Below are positions 10,954-23,929 of a DNA stretch of 64,000 nt, one piece after another. The notes under the pieces are model-generated. The model saw nothing but the letters and a program-made list of their open reading frames with translations, was not told the origin of the DNA and ran no database searches. The translations under genes and the position numbers were made by a program. Origin of the DNA: Cetorhinus maximus (taxonomy: Eukaryota); contig NC_135898.1 of NCBI RefSeq assembly GCF_964194155.1, positions 41,540,001 to 41,604,000 on the forward strand, written 5' to 3'. Numbering within the stretch: the first letter of the stretch is position 1; every line of letters starts with the position of its first letter.

Positions 10954-13079
10954 ACTCCTCAGAGCAGCAATGCTGCAGGGTAGATAAATCACAAAATCCA
11001 CATGTTTGTAGACAAATGAATGGTTAGGAACCCTCGTAATGGCCAGGGATTTTGCAGCTTCCAGGAACACCAAGTCAAAAACCTCTCAGCAAACTCTCCT
11101 GCTGAAGTCACACACCGAACCAACTCCAGCCTTTATATCCGCCCTACAAGCAACCATGAAATAAAAATGAGTTTCCCACCTGGTGTTTTTCATTTGCCGG
11201 GAATGAATTCTTGCCGCCAGAATGCATTACTGCAGTAAATTAGACTGCTGATTAGGTTAACTATCTGTTAATTCTCAATTTCAAAATAGCAGGGGGGCTC
11301 CCAATTTCGAGGGCCACCTGCACACCATGTTATTGCCTACCGGCGTGGTGATGTCAGGATCGTGACCCAACGTCATCATGCCCAGATATTATGTCACCAC
11401 AGGACAAAAACATGCCTGTTTCCAGAAGGTAAAATTCAGCCCACAACTCCCAGCATCTCCAGAAATTGATGAAAAACAATGGACACAAAATTTAATTATA
11501 AGAACATGTACCTTATATTGTCCCCATCTTCCTTTACTATTGTAAAACTAATGTGAATTTAGTTTTGTTCATTATGACTCACCTCAGGCAATGGTTATTC
11601 AATTGAAAATAGCTTTCAGTTGAAAGTAGCTTTCGATTGATAGCCATTGAATATAAGTTGTCCCACTGTGCCACAGACACCTACTAGTGGATGATGAAGA
11701 CAACTTGCTGAGTCAGCAAATGCAAGAGGAGAAGGGCATTTTTTGGACTGTTCAGTTGAACTGCACTGTCCTGAGGAGATGGAACTTAGATGAATTCCTT
11801 CTAAAGTGGTTCAATATACATATTCAGCTTGTTTCTCATTGTGAACTGTGACCAGTGATTAGAGAAAGTTATTCTCATGCTGGTAGAAAGAGCAGTAAAC
11901 AGTGATGAATGGCCAGCAAAAAAATGTATGAGAGAGAAATTTATCCCACTCAGATTCGACAGCTCAGATGTTCTGGTTTGACTGAATTGGCTTTCACTGA
12001 GCAAAGCTCTGCACTGCAAGGAGGGCCTAACAAAACGTACCCTTAGAACCACAGGCAAACAACATATGAAAGGCCAGGGAGATAAGCAACAAAAAAACAT
12101 TATGGCATACATTAACATTGGCAACATTTCAAAATGGATTATATTTGTATGGCAATCGGCATTCTTCCACATTTGCTTTATTTTTTAAAATTGTTATTTT
12201 TGTTCTTGCTTCACTTAGCACACACCTGCTTCCATCTTGAACATTTCTCCTGTCTGATCATCATTAGCATATTGCAAATTAATTTAGTCTTCCATTTTCT
12301 TTTTCATTTCAGTTGTGGGTTTTCCTTGTCGTTTCTCTGCCCAATTTGTGTTGTCTCTTTGTCCCAACTTACTCCCTACAACAGACCTCACCAAGATATA
12401 TAGTTCTTTCCATCAGCCAATCTACAACATATCTTTTTCATCACATTATGTTCCTTCCCTCCAAGCTTTCTCCCTGAGATCTACACTTAGTTTATTTACT
12501 CCAGTAATTTCTTAACCAGTCAGCTTTGTTAGTTTTTGCTATGCCTCCGTATTCTAAAAAAAATATATTTGGAATGTAGTTTCCTGCCGGCTGCAAACCT
12601 CATTATTGTTTAATGGGCATATATACTGCCAACTGCAGGAGCGCCTTCAAAGTTTAATGCCAGGCTGTTGATCCAGGCATGCTGTTGTTCCCTCAGTTAT
12701 TGCCTTAGACCAGTTCCCTTCAAGAACCTTGCTACCTCTTCTATTGTCTCATTCTCTTGCCCAGGGCAACTGATAGTCTAAACGATTCCTTGATGTTCCC
12801 ATTGAAGTTTCCTTCTGCAGTCACTGGGATTATTTTATTCATATAAATGTGTGCTTTTATGTCCAAGTTGTGCAAGGCTGTTGGGGCCGGGGAATGAGGG
12901 ATGGGGGTGGACGTTGGATGGTTCCATGGGGGGACATTAATCATTCTTCAGAGTGGGCTATTGATGGGAAACTGCAGTAGCTGGCTGAGCCCCAACCACC
13001 GATCGTAATCAGCCAGGTCTTTGACACAAGTTTATTTTTGTGCTATTCCCAAATTACCAAGCCCATTGTATACCTCAGG

Positions 13080-13240
13080 AGTGGTAGTGATAATAATAAT
13101 GATGGTAATTATAGTAATGGTAACATCAGCAGTATTCATCGCATTATCAGTGTTGGTGGTGGTAGTAACAGTAGTAGTCAGGATAATAATGCTGGTAATA
13201 GTAACAGTGATGGTATTAGTTACTGTAGTAGTAATAGTGG
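13080..13240. repeat. Degenerate trinucleotide low-complexity tract (GTA/ATA/GTG-rich)
   Basis: GTGGTAGTGATAATAATAATGATGGTAATTATAGTAATGG... with period-3 structure; produces spurious V/I-, T- and S/N-rich ORFs. Confidence 0.8.
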
Positions 13241-13289
13241 AATGTGGATCATGGGTAGTTACCCAGGAGAGCATTCTCATCTTCTCAAC

Positions 13290-16190
13290 TAATCCAAAGG
13301 CATGGATAAGAGTTTCAGCAGCAGATGGGCTGAGGCAGGGGCAATGTAGGCTGTGTTAGAAGTGGAAGTAGGTGATCTTTGTACTGGAGAGGACAGGTGG
13401 TTGGAAATTTAGCATTGGATCAATAGAACACTAAGGTTGCAAACAGACTGGTTCAACCAGATTAGGAATAGCAAGCGTTGGTGAGAGTAATTTATAGACT
13501 CCCCTAACAATAGTTATACCATAGGACAGAGCATTAAACAAGAAATTATTAGAGCTTGTAACAAAGTCCATGTGGGGGATTTTAATCTTCAAGTAGACTA
13601 GATGAATTTAATTGGCAAAGTTGGTTTAGAAGATGATTTTGAAGAATGCTTTTGTACACATTCCTAGAGCAATGTGTTATGGAACCAATTAGAGATAAAG
13701 CTATGCTAGATCTAGTATTGTGCAATGAGGCAGGGTTAATTAGTAATGCCGTAGTAAAAGATCCATTGTGAAATAGTGATTATAATATAATTGAATTTCA
13801 CATTAAATTTGAAAATAACATACTCCAATCACAGTCAAGGATCTTAAACCAAATAAAGCCAATTATATAGGTCTGAGGGGAGAACTTGCCAAGGTCGATT
13901 GGATAAATAGAATAAAAGCTAACGTGGTAAATAGGCAGTGGGAAACATTTGAAGAAAAATTTAAAATGTTCAAGAAAATAAATTCCACTGAAAAACAGAA
14001 ACTCAGCGAGAAAGATCCAACTGTGACTTACTAAGGAGGTTAAGGATAGCATTAGATTAAAAAAAGAGGCTTATAATGTTGCAAAGAATAGTAGTAAGTC
14101 AGAGGATTGGGAGTATTTTAGAAATCAGCAAACAGCCACCAAAAAGTTAATAAAAAGGGAAAAAATAGAATATGAGAGCAAAATAGGCAGAAATATAAAA
14201 AATAGATTGTAGGAGCTTTTACACCAAAGAATAAGAAAAAGATTAGCTAAAGTAAACATTGGTCCCTCAGAAGCAGAGACAGGAGAAATGAGGAAATGGC
14301 AGAGACACTGAACAAATATTTTGTCTTCTCCTGTGAAGACAGACACAAGTTACATATCAGAAATAGAAGACTGTTACTGTTACTGCCACCACCAACACTG
14401 ATAATGCGATTAATATTGTTGATGTTACCATTACTATAATTACCACCATTATAATTATGGTTTAACAAGTGTGAAGAAATTAAGGTAATTAATGTTAGCA
14501 GAGAAAAAGTACTGGAGAAACTCAATAGACTAAAATCTGACAAATCCCAAGGGCTTGGTGGCCTGTGTTTTAGCGTTCTAAAAGAGATTGCTGCAGAGAT
14601 AATGAATACGCTAGCCACGATTTTGCAAAATTCCTAAGACTCTGGAACAGATTGGAAGCTAGAAAATGTAAGGCCGCTATTCAAGAAAGGAGGGAGAAAG
14701 GAAACAGGGAACTACAGGCCAGTAAGTGACATCAGTCACTGGGAAAGTGCTGGAATCTATTATTGAAGAAGTCTTAACGATGCACTTAGAAAATCATAGT
14801 ATGAGCAGAAAAAGTCAATGTGGTTAACATAAGGAGAAACCAGAAGATGTAGTATATCTGGACTTCCAAAAAGCATTGAGTAAGGTGCCACATTAAAGAC
14901 TATTATATAGCATAAGGGGTCATGGAGCTGCTATAATATATTAGCATGGAAAAAGGATTGGTTAACAGACAGGAAGCAGCAAGTCAGGATGAATGGGGTA
15001 TTTCCAACTTGGCAGGCTGTGAATAGTGGATCAGAGCTAGGGCTTCAGCTAATTACAATCTATATTAATGACTTAGATGAAGAGACAAAGAGTAATGTAT
15101 TTAAGTCTGTTGAAGCTATGAGAAGGACACAAGGAGGCTGCAAAGATGTATAGACAGGGTAAGTGAGTGGGCAACAAGGTGGAAGATGGAGTATAATGTG
15201 GGTAAGTGTGAGATTATTCACTTTGGTCATAAGAACAGAAAAGTAGAATATTTTTTAAAAGGCATAAAACTTGTAAATGTTGATGTTCAGGGAGACTTGG
15301 GTATACTCGTGCAAGGAACACAGAAAGTTAGCATGCAGGTACAGCAATCAATTAGGAAAGCAAATGGCATATTGGTCTTGCTACAATTGTACAAGGCATG
15401 GGTGAAATCACATCTGGAATACTGTGTGCAATTTTGGTCTCCGTATTTAAGGAAGGATATACTCGCATTGGAGGCAGTCCAGCAAAGGCTCACTAGATTG
15501 CTCCATGTAATGAGAGGGTTGTCCTATGATGAAAGACTGGGTAAATTGGATCTATAGTCTCTGGGCTTTAGACGAATGAGATGTGATCTCATTGAAATGA
15601 AGGAGCTTGACAGGGTAGATGCTGAAATGTTGTTTCCCTGGCTGGGGAATCTAGAACAAGGAGGCACAGTTTCAAGATAAGTGACCCAACATTTAGGACT
15701 GAGTTGAGGAGAAATTTCTTCACTTAATGGATTGTGAATCTTTGGAATTCTCTACCCCAGGGGGTTGTGGATGTGCCATAACTGAAAATATTTAAAGCTG
15801 AGATAGGTAGATTGTTGGTTTCTCAGGGAATTAAGGCATATTGGAAGTGGGCAGGAACGTGGAGTTGAAACCCAAGATTAGCCACGATCATATTAAACAG
15901 TGCAGCAGGTCGATGGGCCATACTGCTCCTATTTCTTATTCTTATGTTAACCCAAGGCTTTGGACAGGAAGAAGTGCAATTGTAATTGGCGTCAAGGGAA
16001 TGGAATTTTTGGCAGGGGTTGAAGATGAAGGTTTGGTCTTCCCAATGTTTAACTGGAGCAATCAGCAGCTCATCCTGGACTGAGCTGAACAATAGATGAG
16101 AGATAATGGACAGTGAAAAGGTCATGTCAAAGGTTGCAGAGAGGGTGAGAAGGATGAGGAGCGATAGTCACATAAGACACGATTTGTGAC
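13290..16190 (-). mobile_element. L2 LINE RT fragment split by a CR1 insertion (pieces about 13290-13458 and 15949-16190)
   Basis: The minus strand gives LNIGKT..., NQSVCNLSVLLIQ... and CLSPSAAETLIHA, typical L2 RT C-terminal motifs; the two pieces are collinear across the CR1. Confidence 0.7.
13461..15948 (+). mobile_element. CR1 LINE ORF2 pseudogene (endonuclease to 3' tail)
   Basis: VGDFN-like and LDLVL..N endonuclease motifs, NYRPVS, YLDFQKA, MEYNVGKCEIIHFG, HLEYCVQFWSPYLRKDI; tail CTTATTCTTATGTT. Confidence 0.92.
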
Positions 16191-17859
16191 TGAAGTCTAT
16201 ACTTTGAAGCAAATGTATATTTGAACCCATGGAGTGACTAGGCGTCTGATCATTTATATATCAATTAAACTACCAGAAGTCCAGCCTTTCTACAGCTCAC
16301 CATTGGTAACAAAACTAATGCATTTAACTTGAATAGTGCTTTGCATGTTCTATGGAAGTTTATCCCATTATGTTCACCATCCATCTCTCACAGCACTTTG
16401 CTCTAAGCAAAAGATTTCAGGAAAGTGCACTGCAATTTTCAATGCTACAGAACTCCATTCACATTCTAATCTGCAAACATATGGTTCAATGCTGTTCCAT
16501 TCCATTACATTTGGATTCCATCCAAAACCATTAAACTAATACAGCTGTGAACTCAACTCTCCCTTCAATAGACAGGAAGACTTCCATTTACAGTTGAACT
16601 GCCTGGCATTAGAAACACAATGACACTGGCAAACTTCCATTTCTATTAATGTTTAGAAAGTAATCATTTGTTGGAACTCTCCAATTTGAATTTGAAAACA
16701 CATCCATTACTCTTTATAACGGGTGTGATCAGAACAGATACAATTGCACAAATCCACAAGCCGATCAATCGAAGAAGAACAGAAAGTAGATAACAGAAAA
16801 AGTCTCTTACACCACAGTAGCCGATAAATGAACAAAACGAACGGTTATCAGCATTCAATATAATGCTATCTTTGAAGCAGATTGTAAAAGTGCAGCCAGC
16901 TCTGCATAGGGACCCGAGCACATTCTGCTCATTCAACTATCACCCACAAATAAAACACATGAAATGTCTTTGTGAGTATCTTGAGTCAAATCATTAAGAG
17001 CACAGCAACATTGCCCAGCCTTTCCCAGAGTTAGCTGGACTCAACAAGCATGCTGTTAGGAGATCCATGCATCTGGATTAGGGAAGAGGGCAAATAAATG
17101 GGCCATGGTCCTTGCTCTGGATTATAGTAATTCTGGCTGGATGAGTATGTCAGAATATTAGGAGAGGGAGGGTTGAGTTTAGCTGAAATTCATCGACAAG
17201 GACCAGTGATGAATAGTGACTATTTGAGCAATGAGCTATATAGGGTGACTAATGCCTGTATCGCGAAAGAGGAAGCCTTCAGGACAGGAAGGGAAGAATA
17301 AGTAGTGAAAAAATGGTATGAAATAAATAAAATCAGTGCAAAGGAAGGCAATTAGTAGGGAGAATTATGCATTGGCATTATGGAAAAAAATGTGTTAATT
17401 AAGCAATGAGATAGTCCTGCAAAGAGCCACACTCAAAAGGTGCACAGATTTGAAGTGTCAGATATGGAGAGCTCCAAGTCTGTTTCCCTGACTCCGACTC
17501 TGACTGATTGAGGCTCTGCACTAGGAGAGAAGCCTTGCCCAGTAGAGAAACACAGGCCAAGAATTTCCTTGGGGATACTACCGCTAACTCTGTTTACACA
17601 GATGTCCAACACCCCTCCTATGAATTTACTAGGGCAGAGCAGGAGTGGCTCCAAAGAAATTCTTGGCTGTGGATAAGGACATGCATTTTAAGACTGTGTC
17701 TGTTTGTCTGCATCCATCAGTGAACATTAACCCAGCTCCTACCTCATACCCAGGCCTCCTCCCCTGAGCATTGCCCCTGGCTCCACCACTCAGTGCCACT
17801 TCCAAGTTTATATTTCATGCTGTACCTGTTCTGGTGGACGAAGCTCTGCATTTTATCGT

Positions 17860-18095
17860 GCCAACATTGGTGACCTTGCCTTCAGCTGCCCAGGCCCGAG
17901 GCTTGGGAATTCCCTCCCAAAACCTTTCTGCTCCCTCCCTCCTCATTTAAACCTATCTCTTTGATCAGGCTTTTGATCACCTGCCCTATCATCTCCTTAA
18001 GTGACTCGGTGCCAAATTTTATTTGAAAATGCTGCTGTGAAGAGTCTTGCACACTACCACATCAAAGCCACCATATAAATGCCAGTTTTATTGTT
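17860..18095 (+). mobile_element. L2 LINE 3'-end fragment
   Basis: GCCTTCAGCTGCC...GGAATTCCCTCCC...CTCTTTGATCAGGCTTTTGATCACC...CATATAAATGCCAGTT. Confidence 0.7.
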
Positions 18096-18422
18096 GTCAA
18101 AAATTCAAGCTATGGTTTGGTGAAGTGATGAGCTTCCAGCAGAGTTCCATCTAGTAGGAGCTGGGAGTAGCATTAACAGGAAAGCTGAGAAGAATGCATG
18201 TTTGATCGAGGGAGAAGAAAAGAATGACAGGGTGAACTTCAGAGAAGAGAGGATGTGAAGGCTTGAACTGTGGGGAGGGAGGTAAGTGGAATGGAGGAAG
18301 AAATACATCAGCCTGAGTGGAGAAGAGGAGACCAGCACATTTTGGAGTGGGTAGAAATACCACCTGGGAACCGTGAAATGAGGCAAGAATAAGAGTGGCT
18401 TAGTTAGCTGAGAGAAGGGGAA

Positions 18423-18640
18423 GGGGGTCTTGTGGCGCAGTGAGTAGCGTCCCTACCTCCAAGCCAGAAACTCTGGGTTCAAGCCCTACTCCAGGACTTG
18501 TTGGACAAGGAAGGCAAGTTCATAACATAGGTTCATGTAGGTTCATGATGATGAACCAAATAGGTTCATCATCAACCTATAAGTCCTTCCAAAATGCCTA
18601 TGGCAGGTGGTAAGAACAGGAGAGACTTCAGATCAGCCAT
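18423..18640 (+). mobile_element. tRNA-derived SINE
   Basis: A-box-like TGGCGCAGTGA and B-box-like GGTTCAAGCC followed by a non-tRNA body. Confidence 0.7.
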
Positions 18641-19256
18641 GCTTTGGTTCTCAGGAGAAGTGGATCACAACATGACGGGCATCTGGCTGTAGCCGAATCA
18701 AAATATACGATGCTTAATGAATAAAGGTAATCGACCTGCAATGTGCCGATCCCATGTAACATAGGAAAAGCAAAACAAAGTAGAAATCAATTGAGAGGAG
18801 GGAGGAGACTCTCAAACATTCTCGGGGTAGCATCAGCCTTTGTGCAGTTAATCTACCGGTAGATTGCAGGTATAGGCATGTGATCCACAAGTAGGACAAG
18901 AGAGATAATTTTTATCACTTGTGTACTGATGGTGCAAGTGGAGTTTAAGTCAATCCAGCTTCAGCACTGCACTAAAAATAGACATGGGGTTCATTCCGAC
19001 TCAGCTCGAATTGTGCTTATATTTCTTATTTATTCGCATGGTTTGTTAGGTTTGGCTGGGCCTGGTGGGCCTGATTGTGTACCCATCTGGGATTTATCCA
19101 CCAAAGATCTGTTAATATCCTGGATGTGAGGCATCTGAAAATCAACGGGAACAAACTTTATTCCAACCAATATGTTCTTCCAACTGTTAGTGCATTTTTA
19201 TTTTGAACTATTGGATTTAAAACATATGTGGCAAGGACTCCACCGACTTAAGCGTA

Positions 19257-20088
19257 GGGCTCAATTTTGCCATGAGCAACAGGAATCCAACGTTGGAGTC
19301 ATTTCTGATTTATGGCCTGGATCAAGGTGGCAGTGCACCTTACGGGTGGGAGGGAGGGTGGGGGGAGGTTTGCTGGTTGCCAATTAATTGGACACCTCCT
19401 CATTTGTTGTCCAATCTGGGATGGAACCGAAGTAGAAGTGAGTCATCCTCAATCCTGAGGGACTGCCTAAGAAGGCAGGCTCCGTGGGGGAGGGGTTGGT
19501 GGGGGGGGGGAGCTCATGACAGCACAGCCCACTGCAAGCCCTTGGTGACCAGCAGGAGAGGCTGCTGAGGCTCAAACAGCAGGGACTGCAGGGGTGCAAT
19601 GGAGCCGTCCTCAGCATCAAGGGAGCAGCTCAGGCCTCATTGGAGACATCCATCTCGAGGAATTCAACACTCAATGGCAATGCTGTGACATGGGAAGACA
19701 GCAGCCTTGCCATTTTCTACCGTTAACTATTAAAGCGTGTTTAGTTCTCACGCAGCTCCATCTTCCCCTGGGAATGCTGTCTCTCCTTCTTTGCTAGGGT
19801 GCTGACACATGTCGGCAAAATTGCGGGGTGGAAATTGCTAATAATTTTGTTCAAAATTCATTTACAGGATGTGGGCATTGCTGGCTAGGCCAGTATTTAT
19901 TGCCCATCTCTAATTGTCCTTGAATCTGTCACTCAATCACCTTAATTGTGTCCCACCACCGATTTCCAATATCGGGCCCATCCTGCCCTTGGGAAATGCG
20001 GCCGGAGGTGGGAACTCCTTTATTTTTCAGCATTTCCTTAAACCTCGACCTCTATACATGCCTTCAAGGGCTCGGGAAAATTCAGCCT
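19257..20088. mobile_element. Non-autonomous Harbinger-type MITE
   Basis: Termini GGGCTCAATTTT / AAAATTCAGCCT; no coding capacity; small CR1-like tail fragment nested at about 19853-19923. Confidence 0.65.
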
Positions 20089-20931
20089 GCAAATTGCATT
20101 GCCATTGGACAGACAAGTCAACCTGGACCAGGGGACAATTTCCACCTATCCCTCAATTGTCAGGCAGATTTCTGATAAACGGAACCTCGCTGGTGGAAGC
20201 TTTGTAATGCAGCCGACATTGGCACTTGGTGCTATAATCTATTACTCAGCTTCAGCTTCTTTAATCTTGAGAGCAACAATAAAAAAGAGCAAAGGAAAAA
20301 AAGCTTTGCTACTGAAACCTCATCAACTGGCAAGAGAGTCAGTGACTTTCACACATTTAATGAAACAGCCTGAATGGCTGTTTGTTCAAATTAATGACAG
20401 CATCCTTCCTTCTAATTTTGAAAGTCAGCACAGCTTGCCAGCCCTGATTTAAGAGCTGTCTCTATATTTTTCAGCATTAAGCACCAGGGAAGGTAAGCAT
20501 TATCAAGCCAAGAAACATGCCTGAAATATTTTTATATAACGCTGGTGGCGTTCCTGTGGCGTAGCACACAGGGATAAAAATTTGGCCATGTGGCACTTCT
20601 TTTTCCACTTCTAAAGGACACCCTAAGACTCCAATATGACAGGTAGGAATGAGCCAGGAATACATCATCCATCGCATTGGTAAGGGCTAGCGCAGTGTCC
20701 ACACTTGAAACAAGTGACAAGTATATGTCCTCAGCAGATTCAATTCAGTGGCCTAATGCCTGCACTGCAGTACTGGTTTGCTCTGAGGCACTGATAGAGG
20801 CAGATCTACATGCGGCAAGATTGTCAGTGCAGTCAAAATCGATATAGTGCATTATGGGCCACTGATCCACCATTTTGTGCCACCTCTGCAGTTAACTTTA
20901 TCTTGCACTGCACTCCACTGTCCAGACACAA

Positions 20932-21909
20932 GGGGCTGAATCTTGTTGAGGCAGGGAACCTCATCTACTGACTGGAGAGCTGGCCACGAGACCCGCGCTG
21001 CCTCTTTTCTGGCACGTCAGCTGAACCACATGTCAATCAGGCAGTGCGAGGCCTTCCCCTTGAATCGAGACCTTGGAGGCAGAAGTCCCACCTAGCGAGA
21101 GCTGCTGGCCAATCAGGGGCCTGCAGCTCTTACGCTCAGCAGCGCCACTGAGGAGGCTGTGGCTGCTGCCGGAAGGACACCTCCAGAGTCTCAGGATCAC
21201 AGAGCAACCCATGCTACAGGAGTAATGTGGTTTAGAGGGGTGGGGGGGGGGGGGTCACAGGTAGAGGGGGGTAAGGGATTTGGAAGGGTAGGAGGTGTTT
21301 CTCAGCAGGCCCCTCCCCATCCCACCCCAATGTCCAGTCCCTCGATCAGGCATCAGGCACTGATTACCTTTGATCTCCCCCACTGAGGTGACATGCTGGC
21401 CACATAGTTTTACTTGTTGTGCACGCTGCATGGTGACAGGCCTACTCACCACTGGGTTAATACCAGCAGCAGCAGGATGAGGCCCTTAAGTGGTAATTAA
21501 TTGGCTTGCATGCCAAGGTGCCCTCAAAGCCCAGCCTGGGGTGGGGGGAGAGGTGGAGGGGGTCCTTCTTCAATTGGTGGTGCTTTAGCTGCAGGGTTAG
21601 CCATTGCCACCTGATCCATTGAATAACCACTGAATAGTGCCCCACCCCTGGGATCTTGCTGGAGCACTGCCTGGTGATTCCCCGCTCATCGGTGGATCCT
21701 CTCGACACTGCTAAAATGGTGGAGGCCGAAAGTGGTCCTTAAGTGGGCCTTTAATTGACACAGTTGGCTTCTGCTGTTGAAGTTCCTGTCGCTGGGACAA
21801 TGCCATGGCGATCGGAAGACTTTTGGCTCCCCACCTGATGCTAGCCCCACCATTTTACCAGCCCTCCTAGCTCCCAGTCTATCTCCAGGAGACTGGTAAA
21901 ATCCAGCTC
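20932..21909. mobile_element. Non-autonomous Harbinger-type MITE
   Basis: Termini GGGGCTGAATCTT / AAAATCCAGCTC; GC-rich interior with repeated CCTTAAGTGG/TTAATTG motifs. Confidence 0.65.
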
Positions 21910-23929
21910 TTTGATACCAGCCTAGAAATTCATTGCTGACAACAAACATATAACAGGTATTGTAACAGAGGCATTAACCTGGATGAGTTACCACAGACAA
22001 ACGTCATGTAAATCCTCTCAGGGAGTAGCAGTGTTTCAGTTGGTGGCATTACAAAATACTACAAAAGTGAAAATTGAAACAGTTTAGGACAGAGTAACCA
22101 AGTGCAAACTGGACGTCAGTTTACAATGGCATTTATAAACTTGGTGTGTATTTCTCATGCAGCTTGACTCTTCATTTTCAAAACGTACTCCATCAACATG
22201 CTTTATAAGGCTGGTTCTGTGGACATTGCTTGCTTTTGCAGTTATACCATGTTACAATAATGTGAGCATTGAAATTCACAGCTATAAATTAGATATCTGA
22301 GCAGGGATGACCTTGGAATTAATTCTGTACATGAATATTAGTGTCCCAGTCTGTATAGGCAGCTGGTATCAGCTGTGAACTGCACTGTAACAAAAAAAAC
22401 AGGCTCAGGATTAAATAAATCTTTTAGAAAATGTAAAGTACTCTGCTAAATGATAACCAGTACCAGAAAGAGAGAGGCATTTTAAAGAGACAATCTAATT
22501 TTAGGTTCCTGATGACAGTTGTAAACCACTTGAGCTTAATTCTTAGAGTTTATTGCAACAACAGAACTCAATTAGATTACAGACCCATAAATCACTCCAT
22601 TCTGTGCTGTAGTTTTCACCATGTGGTAAAGTAATAATCAGACTGTCAAAATTCTTCAATACGCTAGTAGTCTATGAAGATGAGCAACAAATAGACTAAC
22701 CCATCATTTCAGCCAAGCAAAATCAATTTACATGTGCTCTATATTGAAAGCAACTATTGGCTGAAAATGCAACATATACAGTTTCCTACAAGAACCTTGA
22801 AAACTGGTACAAACAGGTAGATTGCTTATTTCACTGATCAGAAACTCTGAGCTGCACCGCATCATGGATTAGAAGGCCCCTTTGGGGAGAACATTTATAA
22901 TTCCAGCTGTCACTTTTCACTGGGTCTAAACTGAAAGAATGTAGGTCATTCCTTCTCGTACAACCAGCTCCTCCCTCCAGGTTTAAGAAGATTAGGCTAT
23001 CAGAGCCAGGGGCTAGGAGTTTCTAACAGTTACAGCTGCTAGTTTTTATAATGATGCATCTCCCTTTCACAGCTGAGTTTCTCACCACTTCATGATGCCT
23101 TCCCGCCCTCTTCACCTGAGATCATGTCGTAAAGTTTCCATGCATTGGAAGATGGTTCAAACTTGAAGGCTCCAAAACAAACCATGTCATAATCAGTGTT
23201 CACTAATGAATTTGATCAGGTGAACTAGTTTTTTCTTTAAGACAGCACTTCATAGACAATGTACCTCAGCCAATTCATATCATTTTACACTTAATTCTGG
23301 ATCATTGCAGAACAGTGGTTTCCAACAGATCAACAACTAGCATTTATTTCTATCATGCCTCTAATGTCATTAAAATGTCTCAAAGTGTTTCACAGAAGAT
23401 ATTATTAAACAAAACTTTAGAAAAAGATATGGCTAGCAAAAAATGCATCTGCAGCAGTTTAAAAGGACTAGGCAGCATTGCTAAAGTGGAGCAGGTTGCA
23501 GTGTACACTGAAAAACTAGTAAGGAAGCCACTTGTTAATAGACTGGATTTCCACTGGCTGCACAGTTCTTTACAATTGGGTTTAAATACATCTGCCCCAC
23601 CCAGAAATGCTAGGTGTCTGTTGATGATGCTGTTCTTTAATGTCCAGTGCTACTCAGGGAATAATGCGAATATACAAAAATGATGGGCAGAGAACGACCA
23701 ACTGGTCCATCCAACCTCCCCCACATACAACCTACCAACTACTCTATTAGCCTCAGTCACTCGATTCACTACACCTCCATCACTCACCTACCAATAATTT
23801 CTGTCAGTCAGGACTCATAAGTAACATTCATATGTTTTTCCTCACTCTCACATACTTGTCAATGCTGCAAACCTTACCCCCACAAGTCACAGCTTGCACT
23901 CACTGCCAGTTATTCAACCATGACAGCCA

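Larger units (their letters stand above)
4867..11442. mobile_element. Decayed autonomous-type PIF/Harbinger DNA transposon
   Basis: 12-bp terminal inverted repeats GGGCTGAATTTT (4867-4878) / AAAATTCAGCCC (11431-11442) enclose convergent Myb/SANT-like and DDE transposase pseudogenes. No clean TSD seen. Confidence 0.85.

Noticed and set aside
13021-13359. Hydrophobic or mucin-like ORFs (poly-V/I, poly-T, S/N-rich)
   Set aside because: Open frames on both strands arise from a degenerate trinucleotide tract and run into an L2 fragment.
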